Shown: positions 55,444-64,000 of the stretch, one piece after another
Position numbering within the stretch: the stretch's first letter is position 1
Layout of the letters: each line of letters begins with the position of its first letter
NCBI GenBank assembly: GCA_900319855.1
Contig: ONQC01000010.1
Span: forward strand, 689 to 64,688
Length of the DNA stretch: 64,000 nucleotides
Direction of reading: 5' to 3'
Source of the DNA: an uncultured Bacteroidales bacterium
GTDB taxonomy: Bacteria; Bacteroidota; Bacteroidia; Bacteroidales; UBA932
Position numbers and translations under genes: made by a program
Notes under the pieces: model-generated
Told to the model about the DNA's origin: nothing
The model's database searches: none
Seen by the model: only the letters and a program-made list of their open reading frames with translations

Positions 55444-55914
55444 ATGGCAGATATACATTACATGACCCAGGAGGGCCTCGACAAGCTGAAGAAGGACCTC
55501 GCTGATGCGCTGGCCCAGCGCCCGGTCATTTCCGCCGCCATCGCGGAGGCCCGCGAGAAAGGCGACCTCAGCGAGAATGCTGAATATGACGCCGCGCGTG
55601 ACGCCCAGGCGTTGCTCGAGCTCAAGATCGCCAACCTCAAGAACATGGTGGCCAATGCCAAGGTGATCGACGAGTCCCAGGTCAATACTGACACCGTCCA
55701 GATGCTGACCCGCGTCAAGTTCCAGAACGTGGCCAACAAGATGACCATGGAATACACCATCGTCGGCGAGACCGAGGCCGACTTCGCCCACGGCAAGCTC
55801 GCCGCGACGACCCCGATCGCCAAGGCCCTGATGGGCCACAAGGTCGGCGAAATCGTCGATGCGCAGGTCCCGCAAGGCATCATCAAATTCAAGATACTTG
55901 ATATTTCCCTGTAA
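55444..55914 (+). CDS. greA: Transcription elongation factor GreA
   Basis: AR..GDLSENAEYDAAR, YTIVG..EAD......PIA.AL.G..VG..V....P.G. Confidence 0.95.
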   Translation: MADIHYMTQEGLDKLKKDLADALAQRPVISAAIAEAREKGDLSENAEYDAARDAQALLELKIANLKNMVANAKVIDESQVNTDTVQMLTRVKFQNVANKMTMEYTIVGETEADFAHGKLAATTPIAKALMGHKVGEIVDAQVPQGIIKFKILDISL

Positions 55915-55916
55915 AT

Positions 55917-56321
55917 ATGGCTACCATTTTCTCCCGTATCGCAGCCGGTGAAATCCCTTCTTGGAAGGTCGCCGAGAATGAGGACTTCTATGCGTTCCTT
56001 GACATCAACCCTGTGGCCAAAGGCCATACGCTGGTGATTCCCAAGCATGTGGAAGACGACTATATCTTCCATCTCGACGAACGGACCTATGCCGGCCTGT
56101 GGGCGTTTGCCCGGGAAGTGGCCGTCGCCATGAAGGCCGCCGTACCCTGCAAGCGGATCGGCGTGGCCGTGCTGGGCATGGAAGTGCCGCATACGCACAT
56201 CCACCTGGTCCCGCTCCAGACCGAGGGTGACCTGGATTTCCGCAAGCCGCACCTCAGCCTCGAGGCGGAAGAAATGAAAACCATCGCAGATTCAATTCTC
56301 GCTGAATATGAGAAACGTTAG
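55917..56321 (+). CDS. HIT family protein
   Basis: TIFSRI.AGEIP, AFLDINP...GHTLVIPK, EVPHTHIHLVP (HxHxH triad). Confidence 0.92.
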   Translation: MATIFSRIAAGEIPSWKVAENEDFYAFLDINPVAKGHTLVIPKHVEDDYIFHLDERTYAGLWAFAREVAVAMKAAVPCKRIGVAVLGMEVPHTHIHLVPLQTEGDLDFRKPHLSLEAEEMKTIADSILAEYEKR

Positions 56322-57456
56322 CCTGTCTCTCGCAGCCCTGGCTGCCGCCGCCCTGCTGGTATCCTGCACCGGAAAGACCGCCATCGAAGGCGTGGTTACG
56401 GACGCTCCGGAATCGGATGTCGTCGTCTCCCTGCTGGATGTCAACCGTTACCAGGTCCTGGATACGGTCAAGACCGATGCCACCGGGCATTATAATTATA
56501 AACTGGATCTCAAGAAGGGACAGCCGGAATTCATCTATCTGTTCCACGGTGACCGCCGGATCGCGTCCCTGCTCCTCCAGCAGGGTGACAAGGTCAAGGT
56601 GACCTCCGATACGTTGGGCAATTATTCGGTGACCGGATCCGCCGAGTGCGACCGGCTGGCCGAGGTGGAGCGGGTTCAGACCGAATTCGGTAACAAGTTC
56701 GCCGCGACGCAGGCCCGCCTGGCTGATATGGATCCGTCTTCTCCGGAAGCGGCCGTGATCCGGGCCGACCTTTCCCGCCAGTATGTGGCGTACTACCGCG
56801 AGCGGGTCAAGTATATCCTGGAGAATTCCAAGTCCCTGACCGTGGTCCCGGTCCTGTATGAATCCGTCGGCGGTACGCTCCCGGTGTTCGGACAGGCGAC
56901 CGACGCCATCCATTTCCGTAACATCAGCGACAGCCTGAAGACCGTCTATCCGGAATCCCGGTATGTCAAGGCCCTCGAGAATGAGGCGGCCCGCCGTACC
57001 TCCTACCTGGAGATCGACAACCGCATCAAGTCGGCCGGGGAAGTCAGCTTTATCGATATCGAGATGCCTGACATCAACGGCAAGAACCTGAAACTGAGCG
57101 AGGTGGATGGGAAAGTCGTGATGGTTTATTTCTGGGCTTCGGAGAATGCCGAGCAGAAGATGTTCAACCTGGATGTGATGAAGCCGGTCTATGCCGACTA
57201 TAAGGACAAAGGGTTTGAGATCTATGCCGTCTCCCTCGATACCGACAAGACCCGCTGGGCGTCCACCGTCCGTAACCAGCACCTGGACTGGATCAATGTC
57301 TGCGACGGCCGCGGCGCCTCTTCTCCGGTGATTGCGACGTATAATGTGCAGACCATCCCGTCCCTGTTCTTCCTGGTGGACGGCGAGGTGGTCAGCAGTA
57401 CCGGCGTGCGCAACGAAGCGACCCTGCGGTCCTTCCTCTCCGCCCGGCTGAAATAA
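56308..57456 (+). CDS. TlpA/AhpC-TSA-like thioredoxin-fold lipoprotein lacking CxxC
   Basis: Lipobox LLVSC; C-terminal D..GK...LS..DGKVVMVYFWAS, YK.KGFEIYAVSLD, W..V.D, YNVQTIP..FLVD. Confidence 0.8.
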   Translation: MRNVSLSLAALAAAALLVSCTGKTAIEGVVTDAPESDVVVSLLDVNRYQVLDTVKTDATGHYNYKLDLKKGQPEFIYLFHGDRRIASLLLQQGDKVKVTSDTLGNYSVTGSAECDRLAEVERVQTEFGNKFAATQARLADMDPSSPEAAVIRADLSRQYVAYYRERVKYILENSKSLTVVPVLYESVGGTLPVFGQATDAIHFRNISDSLKTVYPESRYVKALENEAARRTSYLEIDNRIKSAGEVSFIDIEMPDINGKNLKLSEVDGKVVMVYFWASENAEQKMFNLDVMKPVYADYKDKGFEIYAVSLDTDKTRWASTVRNQHLDWINVCDGRGASSPVIATYNVQTIPSLFFLVDGEVVSSTGVRNEATLRSFLSARLK

Positions 57457-57479
57457 GCGTCCGACAGACCCTGAAAATG

Positions 57480-57508
57480 AAAAACGGCTCCTTAAAAGAG
57501 CCGTTTTT
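57480..57508. terminator. Bidirectional terminator between convergent genes
   Basis: aaaaacggctc-cttaaaa-gagccgttttt. Confidence 0.8.
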
Positions 57509-58178
57509 TGCTTACTGTCGCAACGAAGTCCTTGAGATAGAAGGGTTCGAAATAGGCGACATCCTCAAACTTGCGTTCCTGCCAGGCTTGCAGGGCGGGG
57601 TGCAGCATCGAGGCGGCTTCCGGATAACAGCCGGCAAAATGCGCATTCGGGTGGGCGAGGACTTCGCGGCATTTCTCCGCTCCGTCGCCGATGAAAAGGA
57701 CGGGACCTTCCGCCAGCAGCGCATCATAGCTGCCCGTTTCTATGATTTTCGGTTCGATCTCCGTCAGCTGCCGTGCATCGGGGGAGAAGACGGCCGTATA
57801 GACTTCCATCCGGCGGGCGTCAATCATCGGGACGATGGCCGTGCACCCTTCCGGGAGCAGGCCCCGGTCACGGGCCTGCCAGACCAGCGTATCCAGTGAG
57901 CCGACTGCGATCAGCGGGATCCCGGCGCCGAAACAGAGCCCCTTGGCCGTGCTGGCGCCCACGCGCAGTCCGGTAAAAGAACCCGGTCCCTTGCCTACAC
58001 CTACGGCGCAGCAGTCCCGGAGGGTCAGTCCGCGCTCGTCCAGCATCTCCTTGACGAAAGGGGCTGTGTGGGCGGCATGATCGCGCTGGGCGGTCCGGGT
58101 GCAGGTAACCTGCCCGTCTTCCACCAGGGCGGTGGAGCACAGGGCGGTCGAAGTATCGATGAGGATGAATCTTTCCAT
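57492..58178 (-). CDS. tsaB: tRNA threonylcarbamoyladenosine biosynthesis protein TsaB
   Basis: IDTST..CS, HA, AVGVGKGPGSFTGLRVG.STAKGL, PMIDARRMEVY, FEP.YLK.F. Confidence 0.93.
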   Translation of the reverse strand: MERFILIDTSTALCSTALVEDGQVTCTRTAQRDHAAHTAPFVKEMLDERGLTLRDCCAVGVGKGPGSFTGLRVGASTAKGLCFGAGIPLIAVGSLDTLVWQARDRGLLPEGCTAIVPMIDARRMEVYTAVFSPDARQLTEIEPKIIETGSYDALLAEGPVLFIGDGAEKCREVLAHPNAHFAGCYPEAASMLHPALQAWQERKFEDVAYFEPFYLKDFVATVSKKRLF

Positions 58179-58181
58179 GGT

Positions 58182-58676
58182 CTATTTGACGAGCAGTTCC
58201 TTGAAATAGGGGAACACGGCATAGGCGATGTCCTTGCAGGGGCCGTAGAGGACGCTCCCGTCCAGAACTTCGGGCTTAACCAGTTCCAGTTTCGTATTCA
58301 CGGTATTGAACAGGATGATGATCAGGCCGATGACCAGCCCGGTCTTGAGCAGGCCCAGGACGGCTCCCAGCAACTTGTCCACGCCGCCGAGCAGGACGAC
58401 TTTCAGAAGAGCCTTGATCCCTTTCCCGACCAGATAGAGGAGGGCGGCGACCACCACCATGACCAGGACGAAGGCGATGACCTGCACCATTGCGGGAGAA
58501 GCATCGGCCAGGTAGGGGGTGATCCAGTCGCTGACCAGTCCGGCGAAGCGGAACGAGAGCCAGGCGCCGAGGAAAAGGGAGAGGAGGGAGACCACCTGGG
58601 AGACCAGCCCCTTCCGGAATCCTTCTATGGCGGCGGGTACCAGGCAGACCAGCAGGATGATGTCAAGGATATTCAT
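58182..58676 (-). CDS. cvpA: CvpA family membrane protein
   Basis: DIILL......AIEGFRKGLVSQV.SL, DKLLGAVLG.LK, S.LY. The real gene is the last 165 codons of the long listed antisense ORF. Confidence 0.85.
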   Translation of the reverse strand: MNILDIILLVCLVPAAIEGFRKGLVSQVVSLLSLFLGAWLSFRFAGLVSDWITPYLADASPAMVQVIAFVLVMVVVAALLYLVGKGIKALLKVVLLGGVDKLLGAVLGLLKTGLVIGLIIILFNTVNTKLELVKPEVLDGSVLYGPCKDIAYAVFPYFKELLVK

Positions 58677-58705
58677 GCTCTTTTGAATAATTCCAATGAA
58701 ATACG

Positions 58706-58713
58706 TATCTTTG
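58706..58713 (+). promoter_or_regulatory. Bacteroidetes -7 box (TATCTTTG) for ileS-dksA-lspA
   Basis: Exact TAnnTTTG. Confidence 0.6.
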
Positions 58714-58754
58714 TAAGTTAAAAGGAGCATCCGGCCGTAGGCCGGGCTCGGCTG

Positions 58755-58762
58755 CAAAGATA
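58755..58762 (-). promoter_or_regulatory. Bacteroidetes -7 box (TATCTTTG) for cvpA-tsaB
   Basis: Exact TAnnTTTG on the minus strand. Confidence 0.55.
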
Positions 58763-58781
58763 CACAAAAAGTCAGAATAAT

Positions 58782-61700
58782 ATGTTTAAGGAGTATAAAG
58801 GATTGGACCTGGTGGGGACCGGCGCGCAAGTGCTGGACCGGTGGAAGAAATTGCATGCTTTCGAGAAGTCGCTCGAAATCAGGGAGGGAGCACCGGAGTT
58901 CATATTCTTCGAGGGGCCGCCGTCCGCCAATGGCATGCCGGGTATCCACCATGTCATGGCCCGCTCCATCAAAGACGCCATCTGCCGTTACAAGACGCAG
59001 ACCGGTTACCGGGTAGCCCGCCGGGCTGGCTGGGATACCCATGGCCTGCCGGTCGAACTGGGCGTCGAGAAAAAGCTGGGGATCACCAAGGCCGACATCG
59101 GCACCAAGATCTCCGTCGCCGAATACAATGACACCTGCCGCAGGGAGGTCATGAAATACACCGCCGAATGGGTGGCGATGACCGAGCGCATCGGATACTG
59201 GGTCGACATGGACGATCCGTATATCACGTATGACAACCGGTATATCGAAACTCTGTGGTATCTGCTGCGCCGGATCTATGACAAGGGCCTGCTCTACAAG
59301 GGTTACACGATCCAGCCGTACTCTCCGACCGACGGTACCGGCCTGAGCTCCCACGAGCTCAACCAGCCGGGCTGCTACAAGGATGTGACCGATACGACGG
59401 CAACCGTCCAGTTCGAGGTGATCAAGGATGAGAAATCCCAGTTCGTCTACGGGACGGAGACCCTTCCGGTCTATTTCCTGGCCTGGACGACGACGCCCTG
59501 GACCCTGCCTTCCAATACTGCGTTGTGCGTGGGCCCGGACATCGACTATGTCCGCGTGCGCAGCTTCAATCCCTATACCGGCGCCGAAGCCATTTATATC
59601 TGTGCCCAGGCCCTGGTCGGCTCGCTGTTCAACCCGAAGGCGGCCGACGCTCCGCTGGAGGAGTACAAGCCGGGTGACAAACTGGTACCTTACCGCGTAC
59701 TCGACGGCACGTTCAAGGGTTCCGAACTGGTCGGCATCCGTTACCGCCAGCTGATCCCGTGGTTCCGTCCGGACGGCGATGCATTCCGCGTCATTCCGGG
59801 TGACTATGTCACGACCGAAGACGGTACGGGCATCGTCCATATCGCACCGACTTTCGGTGCGGATGACAAGCGGGTCGCCGCTGCTTCCGGCATCGCCGGC
59901 ATCATGCCCCTGGACAAGGACGGCAATCCGCAGGCGCAGGTTGACCGCCAGGGCCGTTTCTACCGCCTCGAGGACATGGACCCGGCCTATGCCGCCACCG
60001 TCGACGCTTCCTACAAGCCGTACTCCGGCCGCTATGTCAAGTCCGGTTTCGTGAAATATTTCGAGGGACATGAGGAAGAAACGTCGCTGGACGTGGACCT
60101 CTGCCTGATGATGAAGGCCGACAGCCGTCTCTTCAAGATGCAGAAACATGTCCACAGCTATCCGCACAGCTGGCGTACCGACCTTCCGGTCCTTTACTAT
60201 CCGCTGGACTCTTGGTTCATCAAGGCTTCCGCCGTCAAGGACGAGATGGTCGCCTTGAACAAGCAGATCACCTGGAAGCCGGCTTCCACCGGTACCGGCC
60301 GTTTCGGCCAGTGGCTGGAGAACATCCAGGACTGGAACCTGAGCCGCAGCCGCTACTGGGGTACCCCGCTGCCGATCTGGCGGACCGAGGACGCGAAGGA
60401 AGAGAAATGCATCGGCTCCGTCGCAGAACTCTACGCGGAGATCGAAAAGGCGGTCGCTGCCGGAATCATGCCGTCCAACCCGCTGAAAGAGAAAGGTTTC
60501 GACCCGGCTGACATGAGCCTGGAGAACTATAATAAGATCGACCTGCACCGTCCCTACGTGGACGAAATCTACCTGGTTTCCGACACCGGTCGGAAGATGG
60601 TCCGCGAAAGCGACCTGATCGACGTCTGGTTCGATTCCGGCGCCATGCCGTATGCCCAGGAAGGCCTGCGCAACCTCGGCAGTCCGGCTTTCGGCTGCAC
60701 CGCCGACTTCATCGCCGAAGGTGTCGACCAGACCCGCGGCTGGTTCTATACCCTGCATGCCATCCATACCATGGTCAGCGGGACGCCCGCTTTCAAGCGC
60801 GTGATTTCCAACGGCCTGGTCCTTGACAAGAACGGCAACAAGATGTCCAAGCGCCTCGGCAACGCCGTGGATCCGTTCTATGCCCTCGATACCTATGGCC
60901 CCGATGCCCTGCGCTGGTACATGCTGACCAACGCCCAGCCTTGGGACAACCTCAAGTTCGACGAGGACGGCGTGGATGAGATCCGCCGCAAGTTCTTCGG
61001 GACGCTCTACAATACCTACTCTTTCTTCGCCCTGTATGCCAATGTCGACGGTTTCGATCCGGCTGCGGCGCAGGTGCCTTACGCGGAGCGCCCGGAAATC
61101 GACCGCTGGATCATCTCCCTGCTCAACACCCTGATCGGGGAAGTCCGCGCCGCGTATGAGGACTATGACCTGACCCTGGCGGGCCGCCTGATCCAGGAAT
61201 TCGTCTGCGACCACCTGAGCAACTGGTATGTCCGCCTGAACCGCAAGCGTTTCTGGGGCGGAGAGAAGGGTGCCGAAAAGCAGGCCGCCTACCAGACCCT
61301 GTATGAGGTGCTGAAGGATGTGGCCGTGCTGGCCGCTCCGATTGCCCCGTTCTACATGGACCAGCTCTGGCTCGACCTGGTCCCGTCTTCCGAATCGGTC
61401 CATTTCGAACTGATGCCGGAGGCGGATTCCGCCCTGGTCGACAAAGACCTCGAAGAGCGGATGGCCCTCGCCCAGAAGGCGACGTCCATGATTCTGGCCC
61501 TGCGCAAGAAGAGCCGGCTCAATGTCCGCCAGCCGCTGGCCAAGGTCCTGATTCCGGTGATCTCCGAAAAGGTCCGGGGCCAGTTGGAGAAGGTCAAGGA
61601 TTTGATCCTCAATGAAGTGAATGTCAAGGAAGCTGAGTTTATCACGGATACGGCCGGCCTGATCACCAAGAAGATCAAGCCGAATTTCAAGACCCTCGGC

Positions 61701-62204
61701 AAGGCATATGGCAAGCAGATGAAGGAGATTGCGGCCGCTTCGACCATCTCCGCGATCCAGGAGGCGGAAACGGCCGGTACGGCTTACGCCCTGGCGCTGC
61801 CGGGCGGCGAAGTCCTGCTGAATCCGGGTGACTACCAGATCACCTCCGAGGACATGCCGGGCTGGCTCGTCGCGACGGAAGGCCAGCTGACCATCGCCCT
61901 GGATATCGCCGTGACCGACGAACTGAAGAAAGAGGGCCTGGCCCGTGAGCTGATCAACCGGATCCAGAACGCCCGCAAGGACGGCGGCTTCGCCGTGACC
62001 GACCGGGTGCTCGTGGAGATCTGGGCGGAGGGGAATGACTTCTTCGAGATCGCCGCGGCCGTAGACGACCACTATGAGTATGTTACCTCCCAGACGTTGT
62101 CCGAGATTGACTCCGTCAGCCCCGATCCGGCACCCGCTGATGCCGTCGAGGCGGAATGGAACGAGGGCGTCATCTGGCTGCGTATAACAAAGAACACTAA
62201 CTAA
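58782..62204 (+). CDS. ileS: Isoleucine--tRNA ligase (IleRS2 type)
   Basis: EGPPSANG.PGIHH, GWDTHGLP, WTTTPWTLP, GTGIVH, WNLSRSRYWGTP, DVWFDSG, EGVDQTRGWF, KMSKR. Confidence 0.96.
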   Translation: MFKEYKGLDLVGTGAQVLDRWKKLHAFEKSLEIREGAPEFIFFEGPPSANGMPGIHHVMARSIKDAICRYKTQTGYRVARRAGWDTHGLPVELGVEKKLGITKADIGTKISVAEYNDTCRREVMKYTAEWVAMTERIGYWVDMDDPYITYDNRYIETLWYLLRRIYDKGLLYKGYTIQPYSPTDGTGLSSHELNQPGCYKDVTDTTATVQFEVIKDEKSQFVYGTETLPVYFLAWTTTPWTLPSNTALCVGPDIDYVRVRSFNPYTGAEAIYICAQALVGSLFNPKAADAPLEEYKPGDKLVPYRVLDGTFKGSELVGIRYRQLIPWFRPDGDAFRVIPGDYVTTEDGTGIVHIAPTFGADDKRVAAASGIAGIMPLDKDGNPQAQVDRQGRFYRLEDMDPAYAATVDASYKPYSGRYVKSGFVKYFEGHEEETSLDVDLCLMMKADSRLFKMQKHVHSYPHSWRTDLPVLYYPLDSWFIKASAVKDEMVALNKQITWKPASTGTGRFGQWLENIQDWNLSRSRYWGTPLPIWRTEDAKEEKCIGSVAELYAEIEKAVAAGIMPSNPLKEKGFDPADMSLENYNKIDLHRPYVDEIYLVSDTGRKMVRESDLIDVWFDSGAMPYAQEGLRNLGSPAFGCTADFIAEGVDQTRGWFYTLHAIHTMVSGTPAFKRVISNGLVLDKNGNKMSKRLGNAVDPFYALDTYGPDALRWYMLTNAQPWDNLKFDEDGVDEIRRKFFGTLYNTYSFFALYANVDGFDPAAAQVPYAERPEIDRWIISLLNTLIGEVRAAYEDYDLTLAGRLIQEFVCDHLSNWYVRLNRKRFWGGEKGAEKQAAYQTLYEVLKDVAVLAAPIAPFYMDQLWLDLVPSSESVHFELMPEADSALVDKDLEERMALAQKATSMILALRKKSRLNVRQPLAKVLIPVISEKVRGQLEKVKDLILNEVNVKEAEFITDTAGLITKKIKPNFKTLGKAYGKQMKEIAAASTISAIQEAETAGTAYALALPGGEVLLNPGDYQITSEDMPGWLVATEGQLTIALDIAVTDELKKEGLARELINRIQNARKDGGFAVTDRVLVEIWAEGNDFFEIAAAVDDHYEYVTSQTLSEIDSVSPDPAPADAVEAEWNEGVIWLRITKNTN

Positions 62205-62215
62205 TCGTGAAAGAT

Positions 62216-62620
62216 ATGGCAGAAGAAATGAACAAAACGCGTTACAGCGACGAGGAATTGGAAGAATTCCGCGGCATCATCAACGGGATGCTGGAGAAGG
62301 CGCGGGGCGAGTATGACACCTTGCGCAAGATCATCATGCACAATGGTACCAACGACATCGAGGACACCACTCCTTCGTTCAAGACTGTCGAGGACGACGG
62401 TGCCATGCAACTTTCCAAGGAGGAGGCCAGCCAGCTGGCCCAGCGCCAGTACAAGTTCATCCAGAACCTGGAGAACGCGCTGATCCGCATTGAAAACAAG
62501 ACCTACGGCATTTGCCGCGTGACCGGGAAACTGATCCCGAAGGAGCGGCTGCGCCTGGTCCCGCACGCAACGACGACCGTGGAAGGCAAGGCCATCCTCG
62601 AGAAGCGCGGCAAGCGGTAG
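62216..62620 (+). CDS. TraR/DksA family protein, Bacteroidetes type with degenerate zinc finger
   Basis: AL.RI...TYGIC..TG..I..ERL..VPHAT; between ileS and lspA as conserved in the phylum. Confidence 0.85.
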   Translation: MAEEMNKTRYSDEELEEFRGIINGMLEKARGEYDTLRKIIMHNGTNDIEDTTPSFKTVEDDGAMQLSKEEASQLAQRQYKFIQNLENALIRIENKTYGICRVTGKLIPKERLRLVPHATTTVEGKAILEKRGKR

Positions 62621-62633
62621 AGCAGGCTGCGCC

Positions 62634-63239
62634 ATGAAGATATCCAAAGGCAAGCGGCTGCTCATACTCGGTATCGTGTTGGTCATCATCGACCAGGTCA
62701 TCAAGGTCCTGGTCAAGACCAACATGTCGATCGGGGAGCATTTCAACGTACTGGGGAACTGGTTCCAGATCCTGTTCATCGAGAACGAGGGCATGGCGTT
62801 CGGCATGAAGTTCGGCGGGGCTGTCGGCAAGTTGCTGCTTTCCCTGTTCCGGATCGCCCTGTGCGGCGTGCTGTGCTGGTGGATCACCAAACTGGTCCGT
62901 GGAAAGAAGCCTGTCCCGACGGGCGTCCTGGTGGGTCTGACCCTGATCACGGCGGGCGCCTTCGGCAACATCATCGACTGCCTGTTCTACGGAATGGTCT
63001 TCTCGGCTTCCGAGCCGGGGGGCGTCGCCGCATTCGGCGGCAGTTACGCCCCGTTCCTGTTCGGCCGGGTGGTGGACATGTTCTATTTTCCGCTGTGGCG
63101 CTGGCCCGACTGGGTCCCGCTGATCGGAGGGGATATCTTCTTTGAGCCGGTCTTCAATTTCGCAGACAGCTGCGTGACCGTTGGCGCGATCTACCTCATC
63201 CTTTTCCAGTATAAATTCTTCTCGGCTGAGGACAAATAA
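62634..63239 (+). CDS. lspA: Lipoprotein signal peptidase II
   Basis: DQ..K, N.GMAFG, GAFGNIID, G.VVDMF, PVFNFADS. Confidence 0.93.
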   Translation: MKISKGKRLLILGIVLVIIDQVIKVLVKTNMSIGEHFNVLGNWFQILFIENEGMAFGMKFGGAVGKLLLSLFRIALCGVLCWWITKLVRGKKPVPTGVLVGLTLITAGAFGNIIDCLFYGMVFSASEPGGVAAFGGSYAPFLFGRVVDMFYFPLWRWPDWVPLIGGDIFFEPVFNFADSCVTVGAIYLILFQYKFFSAEDK

Positions 63240-63265
63240 CGCCGGGGGAAAGACCCTTTCAAGAC

Positions 63266-64000
63266 TCAGGCTTCTTCGAGCAGGTGCTGTCCGGCACGCT
63301 CGCCGATGGCCTGGGTCTTGTTCATTACTGTGGTGAGCATCAGCATATTGGCGGCAATCTCCTTGATGGTCTGGTCGGTGCTGACCTTGAGGGCGTACCA
63401 GTTCTTGTCCCGGTGCTCTTCGATGGAATCGACGAACTCGACCTTGTCTCCGAACCGGCCTTTGATGCTCTCATGCAGGGCGGCGGTGTATTGGCTGCAG
63501 AGCGCCTCCACTTCCTCTTCCATGCCTGCCTTGACACCCTCCGCCTGGGCGGAGCGGTATTGCTGCTTGAGGTCGTCATAGACCTTGTCCTGCCGGATTT
63601 CCAGCTTGTCCCCGGTGACCTTGAGGATTTCGCAGTGGTCGATGTCTTCCCGGTCGGGCTGCAGTTCGCTGCTGATATCGTGGAGTTTCTCGAAGCGGAC
63701 GCCGTAGAAGAGGGCGGTGCCGCCGTCGAAGGCATACATGATCTTGCTGAAGTCGATGCCCAGGGAGACCTTGTAATAGAATTTGTGGATATACAGGAGC
63801 TTGCGGATTCCGGGGTCATGCTTGATGTTTTCATCCCACATAGCCTCGAGGAAGTTCTTGTCCGGAATGGTGAACCGTTCCTTGTCCAGATTGCCCAGTT
63901 CCTCTTCCTTGACGACATAGCCGGTCTTGGCGTATTCCATCTGCTCGACCTTGAACGTATAGCCGAGGTTGTAGGGGAGGGCGCCGGTCTGGACCCTGGT
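63266..64000 (-). CDS. Hypothetical protein, 5'-truncated by window edge
   Basis: Frame is open from 64000 (TRVQTGALPYNLG...) through the listed ORF, with normal GC3-rich codon usage; no family recognised. Confidence 0.65.
   Translation of the reverse strand, partial: TRVQTGALPYNLGYTFKVEQMEYAKTGYVVKEEELGNLDKERFTIPDKNFLEAMWDENIKHDPGIRKLLYIHKFYYKVSLGIDFSKIMYAFDGGTALFYGVRFEKLHDISSELQPDREDIDHCEILKVTGDKLEIRQDKVYDDLKQQYRSAQAEGVKAGMEEEVEALCSQYTAALHESIKGRFGDKVEFVDSIEEHRDKNWYALKVSTDQTIKEIAANMLMLTTVMNKTQAIGERAGQHLLEEA

Noticed and set aside
58182-58676. cvpA as a sign of a bacteriocin locus
   Set aside because: CvpA is a widespread housekeeping membrane protein, and there is no precursor, transporter or immunity gene nearby.
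61725-61765. Possible short in-frame deletion in ileS near EIAAASTISAIQ
   Set aside because: The segment looks shorter than I recall for homologs, but this cannot be supported without an alignment.
58782-62204. IleRS2 as an acquired mupirocin-resistance gene
   Set aside because: It is the normal Bacteroidetes ileS in its conserved ileS-dksA-lspA context.
1-64000. tRNA, rRNA, transposase, integrase, phage or defence-system genes
   Set aside because: None recognised. All long gaps were read and no cloverleaf or mobile-element ORF was found.

Overview
The window appears to be two unrelated DNAs joined at about 3.36 kb. Bases 1-~3357 look Bacillota/Firmicutes-like: AGGAG/AGGAGG Shine-Dalgarno sites, a TGnTATAAT promoter, a DacB-like S11 peptidase, a degenerate VanY-like protein, a TIGR00266 gene and the 3' end of an MBL-fold hydrolase. 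From ~3358 to the end it is a GC-rich Bacteroidales chromosome, with many TAnnTTTG -7 promoter boxes and A-rich start regions. This part is mostly housekeeping: serC-serA-DUF1015, pyrB, miaA, recQ, dnaG-metG-murB-murA, dnaX-lptB, cmk-ispH, efp, rlmH, prs-der, xseAB, a glycogen operon, ribF, greA, tsaB and ileS-dksA-lspA. It also carries GH36 and GH43 glycosidases. I found no rRNA, tRNA, CRISPR array, transposase or integrase. Best lead: a perfect sigma54 -24/-12 promoter (34360-34375, minus strand) sits right after the DUF4783 terminator and points into a ~65-70 nt ORF-less unit ending at an intrinsic terminator, a candidate sigma54-dependent sRNA. An NtrY-like kinase lies 1 kb away and an HTH-less NtrC/NtrX-like activator 5 kb away. 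Other leads: a glycogen synthase (GT3)-phosphorylase (GT35) fusion whose seam looks like an internal translation start, and a 1 kb efp-GH43 intergenic region with exactly concentric inverted repeats, REP-like twin hairpins and 22-nt tandem repeats. All family calls come from motif recognition by eye; no database search was run.
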